The notes below the pieces were generated by a model. It was not told the origin of the DNA and ran no database searches. It saw nothing but the letters and a program-made list of their open reading frames with translations. From NCBI GenBank assembly GCA_963823335.1, contig CAWGLD010000008.1, forward strand, positions 1-64,000: a stretch of DNA of 64,000 nucleotides, in the 5' to 3' direction. A program made the position numbers and the translations under genes. Of this stretch, positions 19,684 to 30,375 are shown piece by piece. Numbering within the stretch: the stretch's first letter is position 1; each line of letters starts with the position of its first letter. This stretch comes from an uncultured delta proteobacterium. GTDB taxonomy: Bacteria; Desulfobacterota; Desulfobacteria; Desulfobacterales; B30-G6.

Positions 19684-20505
19684 GCACCTCTCAGCTTGCA
19701 TCATGTGGCTGATTCTGGCATCCCGATCGTCGTGGCCACCGCGCTGCGTATCGATAATTCGGTGCTTGCTACCCCTGTGGTTGCACAGCTTCCGATACAG
19801 CGCACACAGCGCCATCTGGTGGCGTGTTAATGCGTACGGTGCTATATAAAAGCCTTATCAATGTGTTACACATTTGCACCCATGCTCTGGTATAGGGCAA
19901 ACTGAGATTCTTTCCGGCGCTTGGCCTATGCGACACCAATGGTGGTCATGAATGCGCTATTCGCCCCACAGCGATGGCGCAGCGACGCCAGCGACACCGT
20001 GCGATAGCTTTAACATTAGCCTCACAGATTCAACGCATAATTGCATGCTCGCGACGCACCGTTAGGCAGCCCCTTGACAAAATATCCCTATATTGTATTA
20101 ATAATATTTATAAAGAAATATCATCGTCTTATCGCTATTGTCCGCCGATAGCGGCAGAATCCAATCCTCGACAAAAGAACATCCGATATGCAGGCTACCG
20201 TATTTGATCTTTGGCACTATTATAGGTAAACGCAATTGAGGTTTCCAGGCTAAAAAGCAGCCGAAGATTATTAGAGCGGCGAGTCGATGATCGTGAAACC
20301 ATTTTGCTGTTTTTTAATGAGGCCATAGCTGCCAGTTTATTTCTATTTAGAGTTTTCATAATTACCCTTTTAATTATTACTCCAGTATAATTCTTCTTCA
20401 TACCAACTTGGTTAAAAGAGTTGCAGGACGGCTAAACTTAGAGTTATAGATTTGATATTACAATATAATTGACTCATAAATCTGATTCATATTTGGAGAT
20501 ATCAT

Positions 20506-21692
20506 ATGAAATCCAACACCGCGAGCGAACCTATCATTCAAGTTTCACCGCCCCCTCCACGTATTTCTGTGATTGATGGCTATAAATACTGTAAGCAATA
20601 TCTTGGTAAGGAACCCATTGCGCGTTTGATAGAAATTCTGCGGTGGGGTATACAGCCTGGACGCATCTCGATCCGTGACTATTTCTATTATCGCTTTTGC
20701 GATCCTACGCTGACAGATGCCGATCGGCGACAGTTCGTTGGGCATCGAATGGAACATAGTCTTCACCGTTTAGTTTACGACCGTAAGAATCACCAACTCG
20801 CGACGGATAAGTGCTTGTTTGAAAGTTCTATGTGCAAAGCAGGGTTCCCGACAACACAAACACTTTGCCTTTTTCAGAAAAAAAATGATCCGGATTCCTC
20901 CGCCTTTCATAATATTTCTAAGGCTACTGATCTCGAAGCATGGCTGCAAAATGCTTCCCATTACCCTGTATTCGGTAAACCACGGTTTGGAATCCGAAGC
21001 GGAGGCGTCTTGGCATTAGAAGCCTATGAGTCAGCGACAAATGAACTATTTACCGAGAACGGCAGGCAAACAAACATTTCTGCCGTGGTCAAATCGATTA
21101 ATCGTTATCGTCACAAAGGTTATCTATTTCAACGGAGACTGCGTTCCGCACCCACAAGTTGAAGAGATAACGGGGAATACAGTCGCAACGGTTCGTATCG
21201 TCTTGCTTATCAAAAGTAATGGACCGTCGGTATACCGCGCAGCATGGAAATTGCCAGCAAACAAGAATATCGCCGATAATTTCTGGCGCGGCAATGTATT
21301 GGCAGGGCTAAATGCTGAAACGGGAGAAGTTGTGCGTGCGATTGTGGGTATTGGCATCGACATGCGCATTCATTAAGCATCACCCCGACAGTAACCGCCC
21401 GTTATTGGGTATCCGAGTACCCGATTGGAATAAGCTATGTCAACATGTGCCTTGATGCAAGCAGAGCATATTCCAGGTATAGACATGCAGAGCCTGGGAT
21501 ATTGCGATTACAGATTCCGGACCAGTATTGATGGAAGTAAACATTGGCGGTGACTATTGCTTACCTCAACTTGCGTTGAACAAAGGTATGATAGAAAGTG
21601 AATTTATTGAGTTTCTCGCGGACTGCGCCCGACGTCGAAATTTTATAAAAAAATTCAATAAATTACGGTTAGAAAAAATTTACGAGGCTTAA
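20506..21692 (+). CDS. sugar-transfer-associated ATP-grasp family protein, multiply frameshifted
   Basis: DYFYY, ATDK, FGKPRFGIRSGG, YLFQ, TVATVR, ADNF, HPDS, WDIAIT, MEVNIGGD spread over frames. Confidence 0.8.
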
Positions 21693-21722
21693 AACAAAAT
21701 ATTACAGATAAAATCTGAAACT

Positions 21723-21815
21723 TCACTTGAAGAATTGAAGGCTACAGATTTTCTGACGGGCATTCCCACCGGCTTCATGCTGGTAGACACCATGATCGGC
21801 GACTTCAAGTTTTAG
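21723..21815 (+). pseudogene. DnaB-like fragment
   Basis: SLEELKATDFLTGIPTGFMLVDTMIG resembles LEERQGNKSLITGVPTGYSRLDNLTSG of dnaB in this window. Confidence 0.5.
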
Positions 21816-21871
21816 GTGAGGTTTTGATATCAATAAACTGTAGAACCATATTTGATTAAAATAGACATCAA

Positions 21872-23269
21872 TCAAAGGACAAAATAGTTTTCCCATACCT
21901 TATCTAAAAGGGCTTTCGTCACTACGGGTGGCTTGTTATCAAAACTCGCAAAGTCAATTATTTGGTCAATCAAATTTCTCGGATCGCAGCAAGATAAATT
22001 CCTTTTTGAACTCTCATATTTATGTATCAAATAATTAAAGGCTTCTTCATCAAATTGTATTAAATTTGAATCACATATTTTTATAAATATGTTTCGATAT
22101 TCATCTTTTGTAGGGTAATCAACCCTGATTTTATACCTCAACCTTCTCAAAAATGCATCGTCGGCAATTTTCTTGGGAGGAAGATTGGTTGCAAAAATAA
22201 CCAATTGATCGAATGGGATTTCAAATTTCATTCCCGTGTGCAAAGTTAAAAAATCTGTCTGGCGGTCTAAAGGAATAATCCATCTATTTAGAAGTGTTTG
22301 AGGATCTACGATTTGTCGGCCAAAATCGTCAACAATGAACAGACCGTTGTTCGCTTTCATTTGCAGCGGGGCTTCATAATATTTCGAGTCAGGGTTAAAA
22401 TTCAAATCGAGCGTTTTAAGTGTGAGTTCCCCACCAGCTATTACAACGGGTCTTTTAATTTTAATCCATCTTCGGTCCAAACGATTATCATCATCTTCTT
22501 TATTGATGGCTCTATGATTAACCTGGTCATATACAATTATTACCTGATTGCCTGCCAATACAGCGTAGGGGATATAGACGTCATCGGGAAGTGAATCACC
22601 GATTAATTCTGCGATGGTCGTCTTACCATTTCCTGGAGGACCATATAAGAAAATAGGTTTGGTCGAATTAATGGCAGGTCCATACGTTTTTAGTTTATCA
22701 TCACTTAGAACAATTTTTGAAAAGACACTTTTTAAATGTTCTTCGGTAATCTCGATGCTTTTAATGGTTTGGATTTCAATGGCGTATCTATATTCCTCCA
22801 ATGAAACAGGCGCAGGTCCGGTGTATCGGCATTCTTCCAGACATTGAATCGCACGATTAATACCGGCATCTGTCAATGCGTATTCTGAGGCAGCAAGTGA
22901 AATATCACCCTTGGCAACCTCAATAAATCTGTCTCTCCTTAGCCCAGTGACAATTTCCAGGATCAATGATGACGGCAATTTTATTTTGTCACTTAAATCG
23001 GCTATTTTGAATTTTTTAAGGAAGACACAGTGTTTTAATATAAGATCCGTAATAAAGCCCGTCTCAAGGTTTGTTTCTTCTAAATTGGTGGGAATGTGCG
23101 GTGTAAAAGTAAAAAAGTCGGATAAATGAGACTCAGAAATCAAATTTAAAGCAATTAGGTTAAAACCCAATCTGCCACCAAATAATCGCTGTCTTTCAAC
23201 TGCCTGTGTCAATTCATTTCTTGATATCAACCCCTTTTTCAGAACTCTCTGACCTAATAGATCTATCAT
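21872..23269 (-). CDS. AAA-type ATPase with N-terminal MshEN-like segment
   Basis: GPPGNGKT, IVDDFGRQ, FATNL, AFLRR; N-terminal LGxxxxxxGLI...Q...RLGxxL. Confidence 0.88.
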   Translation of the reverse strand: MIDLLGQRVLKKGLISRNELTQAVERQRLFGGRLGFNLIALNLISESHLSDFFTFTPHIPTNLEETNLETGFITDLILKHCVFLKKFKIADLSDKIKLPSSLILEIVTGLRRDRFIEVAKGDISLAASEYALTDAGINRAIQCLEECRYTGPAPVSLEEYRYAIEIQTIKSIEITEEHLKSVFSKIVLSDDKLKTYGPAINSTKPIFLYGPPGNGKTTIAELIGDSLPDDVYIPYAVLAGNQVIIVYDQVNHRAINKEDDDNRLDRRWIKIKRPVVIAGGELTLKTLDLNFNPDSKYYEAPLQMKANNGLFIVDDFGRQIVDPQTLLNRWIIPLDRQTDFLTLHTGMKFEIPFDQLVIFATNLPPKKIADDAFLRRLRYKIRVDYPTKDEYRNIFIKICDSNLIQFDEEAFNYLIHKYESSKRNLSCCDPRNLIDQIIDFASFDNKPPVVTKALLDKVWENYFVL

Positions 23270-23282
23270 TTTATCCTTTCGA

Positions 23283-24173
23283 TTACTCTATATTCTGTTC
23301 TTCGATACCGTCGGTTGTTGATCCGGCTGGCGTTGTGGATTGTTCTTCTGATTTGTCGTTGCCTGGTATAGCGGTAGGGCTGATTTCTGGCTGGACAGGC
23401 TTTTCTTTTGATTGTTTGCTCCCCTTGATGGTTTGAACGGCAACGATTTGGCCTTGGCTGGGTTGAAGAGTGTTTGCTTGTCTCTTTTTTAGGTTGTCGA
23501 TTCTTTTATCAAATGTATTTTTAATTTCCAGCAGTGCCTGCCGGTTTGATATTTCTTTTAGTTTCAAAGCCAGATTCAGTTCTTTTTTTCCGATCTTTTC
23601 TTCGGACAGATTTGATATGTCTGCTTTTATTATATCGAGGCCGCCTTTCATCTTGCTCAGGCTTTCTGTAAGTGCATAAAGATTGTTGGAAACGTCCTCA
23701 ACATCTTTGCCCATCAGGTTCCCGATGTCTTTGAGTGTTTCAATTTCGACCATCATGCTATCAGATAATTCCTGATTTTTTCCATTGAGAGATTCAATCA
23801 CCTGTGACATTTCTTCCCAACTTGACTGCAAAAGTGCGATCGATTTTTCAAATGATGGCATCTTTTTGGAATGGATATCCTTAATTTTCTCCTGTTCAAG
23901 AGAGAGGAAAGAGAATTTGGTTTCGAGATCCTTGGAAATCCTCTCGATACTGGTAGCTTCTGTATTATGTGTTCGCGTAACTCTGTTCTTAATATCAAGA
24001 TAGGCAATAACTAGGATGATTCCAATCATGAAGGGGATAAGAATCGTCAGAAGCGTAACCCTGTTGCTGAGTTTTTCTATCTTTAATTCCCGCAGTTCTT
24101 CCTGTAAGATAGGTTCCGGAGATTCGTCATTGCTTCCAAATTGAAATGCTGAAGCGTTCTTTTCTCTCATCAT
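23283..24173 (-). CDS. single-TM coiled-coil hypothetical protein
   Basis: one TM segment then heptad-rich region. Confidence 0.8.
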   Translation of the reverse strand: MMREKNASAFQFGSNDESPEPILQEELRELKIEKLSNRVTLLTILIPFMIGIILVIAYLDIKNRVTRTHNTEATSIERISKDLETKFSFLSLEQEKIKDIHSKKMPSFEKSIALLQSSWEEMSQVIESLNGKNQELSDSMMVEIETLKDIGNLMGKDVEDVSNNLYALTESLSKMKGGLDIIKADISNLSEEKIGKKELNLALKLKEISNRQALLEIKNTFDKRIDNLKKRQANTLQPSQGQIVAVQTIKGSKQSKEKPVQPEISPTAIPGNDKSEEQSTTPAGSTTDGIEEQNIE

Positions 24174-24282
24174 TATCTCTTCCCATATATTCTATAGATC
24201 GATGATCCGTTTATTTCAGTTTTTGACCACACAGCGTTATGAAATCTGACAATATTAACCCGGCGACTAAATAACTTAACAC

Positions 24283-24366
24283 GTCATGCCGGACTTGATC
24301 CGGCATCCAGTATATTTCTGGATAGCGCTAAAGCTTCACTTCGTGCCCCGCCTTCGCGGGAATGAC
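24283..24366. repeat. GTCAT...ATGAC REP-type palindromic element
   Basis: GTCATGCCGGACTTGATCCGGCATCCAG...CTGGAT...CCCGCCTTCGCGGGAATGAC nested hairpins. Confidence 0.7.
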
Positions 24367-24420
24367 AGTTTTAGTGTATTTAATTGCCGGAGTAATAAAA
24401 TAAATTTTTTAATGAATTTC

Positions 24421-24699
24421 TCAAACAAACTGAATTCCAAATTGATCGCTTTCGGCCCACATGACGATTGCTTTTCTTTTCAGACAACCTGGTTTGTTTG
24501 CAAAAGGAATCGTAATAATTATTTTTACCCCTGTTTTTATTTTAGGTATACTTGTGGTACCAACAAGTGCGCCTCCCATGCTAAGATTTTTTATCGTTGC
24601 AGGAAAAATCATCGACTCTGTAGAAAATGATACGTCCTTACGGTAATTTTTCCTTTCATTTGTTCTTCTATATCCATCAAAATCATATGCTGTTTCCAT
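24421..24699 (-). CDS. single-domain PilZ protein
   Basis: RxxxR (RTNER) and NLSMGG motifs; ends FGIQF. Confidence 0.9.
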   Translation of the reverse strand: METAYDFDGYRRTNERKNYRKDVSFSTESMIFPATIKNLSMGGALVGTTSIPKIKTGVKIIITIPFANKPGCLKRKAIVMWAESDQFGIQFV

Positions 24700-24742
24700 T
24701 TTATGTCTTCTCCTATCTAAAAAATATCAAGCACATCATTTC

Positions 24743-24967
24743 TTAATTTTCTATCATCATTCTATCGATTTTCTTTCTAAGCATTACCTGCGCCTGAACA
24801 ATCTCGAATTGAAGTTGTTTTTTTCGGTCTTTTATTTTTTTTCTGTCACGCCAGTCGGAGAGAAATTCATCGGGCAAGGCTTCTAATTCCATATCGAAAG
24901 TGATGATCTCATGAATGTACCTTACGATATCATTGAAGAACTTCTTATCGGATAGCGTTTTCTTCAT
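24743..24967 (-). CDS. hypothetical protein
   Basis: GGAGGT RBS; 74 aa. Confidence 0.7.
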   Translation of the reverse strand: MKKTLSDKKFFNDIVRYIHEIITFDMELEALPDEFLSDWRDRKKIKDRKKQLQFEIVQAQVMLRKKIDRMMIEN

Positions 24968-25012
24968 TTACTACCTCCAACAACCTTGCTTATAAATTAT
25001 AAAAAGAATTAA

Positions 25013-25029
25013 AGCAAAAGTCATGCCGA
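25013..25029 (-). promoter_or_regulatory. putative sigma54 promoter
   Basis: minus strand CGGCAT-GACTT-TTGC (-24/-12) upstream of 24967. Confidence 0.6.
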
Positions 25030-25341
25030 CCACCATAAATTATATATGTTTTAATATCAGATGGTTATTGAATATTATTGAGGATAGACATGTAAAGATA
25101 TGAAAAGAACTACATATTTTTCACTAAAAAGGCAGGAGATGAAACTAAAATATTACGGGTCTATAACCAAAATAAAGACTGAATTTGCATTAAGTTTCCC
25201 TGATTAGTTCCAGCGAAACGGCAACACGCTGTACGGCAATTCAAATGCTTTTAGCAGGCGCCAGTAGACAGCTTGTCTGTGATACTTTGTTGGTCACCAA
25301 TCGCATATTAAGAAAATGGATTAACTGTCTCGGTAACCTAT

Positions 25342-25667
25342 CAGGCATTTTTGGATGAAGCGAGTAAAACCGTTTCATTTCAAAGAACGATCAATATCTT
25401 GATTATGGACAATGCCTCATGGCATCGAAAAATATCGACCAAATGGCATGGATGGCAACCAAAATATTTGCCACCATATTCGCCAGATTTAAATCCTATC
25501 GAAAGAATCTGACTTACAATGAAAGCACGCTGGTTCAATAATCATGTTTGTAAAAACGAAGAACAACTATTAGAGCGTTTGGATCAGGCCATATTAGATG
25601 TCATATATACTCCCTTGCGGACTCAAAATGCCGCCGCTATCGGAACGTTATTATGACAAACGCTCTA
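25342..25667 (+). mobile_element. IS630-family transposase 3' remnant with right end
   Basis: LIMDNASWH and YLPPYSPDLNPIERI* (internal stop); ends ATGACAAACGCTC-TA. Confidence 0.88.
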
Positions 25668-26277
25668 AATGTGACAATTTTCGGCAATAAATGTGACAAT
25701 TTGTGGTTATCTGTTATAGTTTTTTTATGGCGGCGCCTTTTATACTGTTTGTCAGAATAACGTTCCGAAACTGTTCGGCAAATAACGTCAAACAACCGAA
25801 GCGTCAGCCAAAAGCCAAACGGAACATATTTATGACAACGGCTGTATATGGAATTTAAATGTTTACATTTGCATATAATAACAACTCATTATCTATGCTT
25901 TGCCATGTTGATTATGCAACTATAGGGTAATAATTGCCACACTCGCCGTTACAGACACCCTAATTGTGAAACAAATTACCACTAAAGTAAGAATTAAAAT
26001 TCTTACTTACTCATTTTCTTAATTCTCTTCTTGAGCTCTTTAGCCTGCCTAAAGTTTCGCTCTCTGTTAATTATTTGAATTATTTTTTCTTCATCACGTA
26101 TCTGTAGCCCTATGGCAAGTCACTAAATTCTCCTGTTGTTTATAACTATTTATTTTTAACATGTAATATTATACTATGGCTGCCTGTTGAAATTGAAATT
26201 CAGCACAGATGTATGACCTGATTAATGATTCATACAAGGGACTAAAGCAGGATAAAAACAGTCAATCGACTTTAATT

Positions 26278-26293
26278 TGGCACACCTTCTGCA
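26278..26293 (+). promoter_or_regulatory. putative sigma54 promoter of flp/tad
   Basis: TGGCAC-ACCTT-CTGCA upstream of the pilin gene. Confidence 0.65.
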
Positions 26294-26439
26294 TTAAAGC
26301 GTGTTGTGGCAACAACGAGCCGATCAAAAAGAAACAACAACGCGAAAAGGAGGTGGTCTGGAATTTATTTTGGCATAACAACGAATCGAAATTTTTTTGG
26401 TGTTATTCAAACAACAATTAAGAGGAGGAAAAAAAGAAA

Positions 26440-26610
26440 ATGGAAAAAATTATAAAATTTTTCAGAGATGAAGATGGATTGGAACTTAGTGAGTACGCAG
26501 TAATGGGTGGTCTCTGATCTTGTGGCACTTGTTGCGGCCAGTAGGTGCTCTCCAGATCAGATCGGCATCTACTTTTAGTGCAATAACGACTGCAATTGTG
26601 ACTTGTCTGA
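26440..26610 (+). CDS. flp: Flp (type IVb) pilin, frameshifted; end approximate; absent from ORF track
   Basis: GAGGAGG RBS; MEKIIKFFRDEDG/LELSEYAVMGGL then ILVALVAA in a shifted frame. Confidence 0.85.
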
Positions 26611-26659
26611 AGAATAATTCAGCTATAAAGCTTTGGATATACTTAATAGATTAACTATT

Positions 26660-27247
26660 ATGGATTTATTCCCTGTCATTTTGTTGATAAGCGCCTGCAC
26701 TGTCTCAGTGGTGGAGGACTTGCGACGTCAGAAGATTCCTAACCTCGTAACCTTCCCGACGATGGTGCTGGCGCTTATCTACCACGGCATTTCAAGCGGT
26801 CTGAGTGGCTTTTTTTTCAGCGCAGGCGGTCTGGCTTTGGGGATGGGTTTTTTTATGATTCCCTATTTGATGGGCGGAATGGGCGCCGGTGACGTCAAGC
26901 TCATGGGCGCCACCGGTGCCATTTTCGGCCCCATGGGCATCACCACTGCATCGATCCTGGTCTTTTTTGCCGGCGGTCTCTACGGGTTGGTTCTTTTCGC
27001 ATTGAACCCAAAGTACACGCTCTCATTTGTAAAGCGGTTATGGACGACCATCAATCTTTTTATTGTGACATGGCAGTTCATTCCAATCCCGCAGGAAGAA
27101 GGTGTTAAACAGCCTGTTTTAAAATTTGCCATCCCCATTGCAGCAGGTGCCTTGGGATATATGACCATGAAGATGACTGGAACGATCTTATTCCGATGCT
27201 GGGTAATAATTTTCACTATCGCTCTTTTCAATGGAGGAACAGGATAA
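26660..27247 (+). CDS. cpaA: A24 prepilin peptidase (CpaA/TadV)
   Basis: EDLRRQKIPN, GGMGAGDVKL. Confidence 0.92.
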   Translation: MDLFPVILLISACTVSVVEDLRRQKIPNLVTFPTMVLALIYHGISSGLSGFFFSAGGLALGMGFFMIPYLMGGMGAGDVKLMGATGAIFGPMGITTASILVFFAGGLYGLVLFALNPKYTLSFVKRLWTTINLFIVTWQFIPIPQEEGVKQPVLKFAIPIAAGALGYMTMKMTGTILFRCWVIIFTIALFNGGTG

Positions 27248-28113
27248 TGGGACGCTGGAAAGCATTTTTTCCGATCATTTTAGCCCTGGTCATCGCTGCA
27301 GGGGGCAGCGGTTTTCTTTACAATTGGCTACAGACCAAGAGTGCGCCGGCTGCTGTGATCAAGGTGAAAGCCGAGTCCGAGGCGGTGCCGGTGGTGGTGA
27401 CGACAACGGATATAACCTGGGGACAGCAACTGACCAAGGAGATGCTCCAAACAGTGCCCTTCATGAAGGAGAGCCTGCCGGTGGGGTATGCTTCCGACCC
27501 TGATGCCCTGGTTGGCAGAGTCGTCATTTCACCTCTCAAAGAACGAGAACCCGTGCTTGAATCCAGACTCGCGTCAAAGGATGTAACTGCGGGCGGTGTT
27601 TCAGCGCTGATCAAACCGGGTATGCGCGCCGTTGCCGTAAAGGGAGATAAAGTAATCGGCATATCAGGCTTTATCCAGCCCGGCAACCGGGTGGACATTC
27701 TGGTTACTTTAAAACACCCGGTTTCAAAAAGAGAGGTCACCAAAATGGTGCTGAGCAATGTGCTCGTGCTAGCGGCAGGAACCGAAATCGAGGAAAAAAG
27801 GGACGGCAAGCCCAGGCCGGTGGACGTATATACCCTGGAGGTGGACCCCGAGCAGGCTGAAAGACTGGGATTGGCGGCCGCCGAGGGAAAATTGCAGTTC
27901 GCCCTGAGAAATAGCATGGATCAAGAGACCGTGCTCACCAGGGGTGCCACCATTTCACAAACCCTTTCATCCTTGCGAGGTGTCGATCCGGTCCCAACTC
28001 CCCCCAAAAGCAAAACAAAGCCCAACGTAAAAAACTGGGCCCCGAAAAGCACGAGCTTTACAGTCGAAACCATCAAGGGGGGCAAACGCTCAAAGGAACA
28101 GTTTAAACAATAG
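27247..28113 (+). CDS. cpaB: Flp pilus assembly protein CpaB/RcpC
   Basis: SAF-like region; GMRAVAV, GFIQPGNRVDILVT. Confidence 0.93.
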   Translation: MGRWKAFFPIILALVIAAGGSGFLYNWLQTKSAPAAVIKVKAESEAVPVVVTTTDITWGQQLTKEMLQTVPFMKESLPVGYASDPDALVGRVVISPLKEREPVLESRLASKDVTAGGVSALIKPGMRAVAVKGDKVIGISGFIQPGNRVDILVTLKHPVSKREVTKMVLSNVLVLAAGTEIEEKRDGKPRPVDVYTLEVDPEQAERLGLAAAEGKLQFALRNSMDQETVLTRGATISQTLSSLRGVDPVPTPPKSKTKPNVKNWAPKSTSFTVETIKGGKRSKEQFKQ

Positions 28114-28135
28114 TCGTACTGGAGGTAAGATTCCC

Positions 28136-29556
28136 ATGGTCTTAACAAAAAGAAGCAAAAAATTCATCAAGACGCCGGTTTTTATCATCCTTCTTCTGGT
28201 GCTGTATGTAACCGGAGCGGCAATCCCCTCTTCTGCACAGGCCCAGAAAACGGGAAAACTCGATATTGTATCGGGCAAATCCATCGTCCTGCCAACCTAC
28301 CGGCAGGTGAAACGTGTTTCCATCTCGGACCCGGCCATAGCTGATTTTATCCTTATCTCACCCACCGAGATTTATATCACGGCCAGGGGTGTGGGCATCA
28401 CAAACATGCTTTTGTGGTACGACAAAGGTGGCCACGATGTTTACGACGTGGAGGTACAGTATGACATCCTGCGGCTCAAACAACAGCTCCAGGAAGTCCT
28501 GCCCGACGAAAAAGACCTTAGCGTCACGGCCATGCAGGGCACCCTTACCCTGTCCGGGCGTGTTTCCAGCGCCACCAGCCTTTCGCATGCCCTGGCACTG
28601 GCCAGCGCCTACGCACCTGAGGGAAAGGTGCAAAACCTGGTGGAAGTGGGCGGTGTCCAGCAGGTCATGCTCGAAGTGCGCGTGGCGGAGATGCAGAAAA
28701 GCCTGCTGAAAAGGCTGGGGGTGAATTTCAACGCCGTGAACGGGTCCGGTGAATTCGGCATCAGTAAACTGGGCGGCCTCACAGAGTTGGTAAGACCGAG
28801 TGATGGCCAACATCGGCGGCACGCGGCCCTTTCAGCACATTTGTATCTCCGGCCGTCAATGCCCTGTTCCGGTTTGACATCGGCAACACGACCTGGACGG
28901 GTTTTATCGATGCCTTAAAGTCCGACGGTCTGGTAAAGGTGCTGGCAGAGCCCACCTTAATCTCCCTGAGCGGAGAGAAAGCGTCTTTCAATGCGGGCGG
29001 GGAATATCCCATACCGGTGCCGCAGGGGCTGGGCACTGTGGCCATAGAATACAAGGAATATGGCGTGGGCCTGGATTTTACCCCCACCGTGCTTGGCGAC
29101 AACAAGATTCATATCAAGGTGGCACCGACGGTCTCCGAGCTTGACTTCTCCTCGGCTGTCCAGTTCAGCGGTTTTACCGTTCCGGGCTTAAACACGAGAC
29201 GGGCGGAGACGGTGGTGGAACTGGACGACGGCCAGAGTTTTGCCATTGCCGGCCTGATGCGGGAGACATCCAGGGACGTCTTACAAAAGTACCCGCTCCT
29301 GGGGGACCTTCCCATTCTGGGTGTGCTTTTCCGCAGCAGGGAGTTTCAAAAAAACGAGACCGAACTCGTCATCGTCGCCACCCCTCGGTTGGTCAAGCCC
29401 CTTGACCCCGTGGTTCAGAGCCTGCCGACGGACTTTTACGTCGAGCCCAGTGATATGGATTTTTATCTTTTGGGACGGATGGAGGGAAGCAAAAAGACCG
29501 CGGGGATCCAGGGCAGAATGGATGGCGAATTCGGCCATGCCGTTCCACAAGAATAA
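28136..29556 (+). CDS. cpaC: Tad secretin CpaC/RcpA, frameshift near 28810
   Basis: QVMLEVRVAE, LAEPTL, GGEYPIP, IAGL, PLLGDLPILGVLFRS. Confidence 0.92.
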
Positions 29557-29632
29557 TCGTGCCTGCCAAGCGCAGTGCAACGCGCTTCAAAGGCATGGGT
29601 TTTAATACGAAATCATTCCAAGGGGGAGAAAC

Positions 29633-29869
29633 ATGGAGTTTAAAACAACCGTTATCGCAGGGGCCGCCCTGCTGGCAATCACGATTTCCGGGTGTGCCGG
29701 CACCCCCGAATTGGACGAAAACTGGGGCAGATCTTATGAGGAGGCCAAGGCAACCCAAACCATGAATCCGGATGGGCAGTACAATTTGACGCCGGTGGAG
29801 GGGCAACAGGGCCCGGTCGTGGAAAGAATTTTAGAAGATTATTTGAAGAGCGAGCCAGGGGTAAAGTAA
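29633..29869 (+). CDS. small lipoprotein of the Tad locus
   Basis: lipobox ISGC; GGGGAG RBS. Confidence 0.8.
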   Translation: MEFKTTVIAGAALLAITISGCAGTPELDENWGRSYEEAKATQTMNPDGQYNLTPVEGQQGPVVERILEDYLKSEPGVK

Positions 29870-29954
29870 AAAACCTCTTACATCATTTTTCCTTCCCGCA
29901 TTTCCAAAAGCTATGAGGGAGAGAATTAACCACAGGCAGGCAGGTATAAGCAGT

Positions 29955-30375
29955 ATGAATCCACTAAAAAATGAAAGAGGCGGTTCCCTAATTGAATTCG
30001 TCCTCATCGCGTGGGTGCTCTTCCTGATTCTTTTCGGAATTATGGAATTCGGGCTGATCATGTATAACCAGGCGGTGATTACCAATGCAAGCCGAGAGGG
30101 TGCACGATACGGGATTGTGTCACGGACACCCAGATACACAGAAGAGCAAATAGTCACTTATGTATCCCAATGCGTATGCAGACAGACCCATAACGTTTGG
30201 AACCCGTTTATTCGATGTAATCTCCGACGTCCGAGCCTCCCCTATCTTTGGAGAGGATTTGACCGTTGAGGTGACCTGGTCATACGACTTTTTGCTGCTG
30301 CCAAATTTTACTGGTGGTGGGTTACACCAATCCCCTGACCCTTACGAGCAAGCAACGGTGATGAAATATGAATGA
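29955..30375 (+). CDS. tadE: TadE-like pseudopilin, frameshifted
   Basis: ERG/GSLIEF, NASREGARYG, C-terminal MKYE. Confidence 0.88.

Noticed and set aside
19974-20401. Short ORFs 19974-20207 and 20195-20401
   Set aside because: No recognisable motif or convincing RBS
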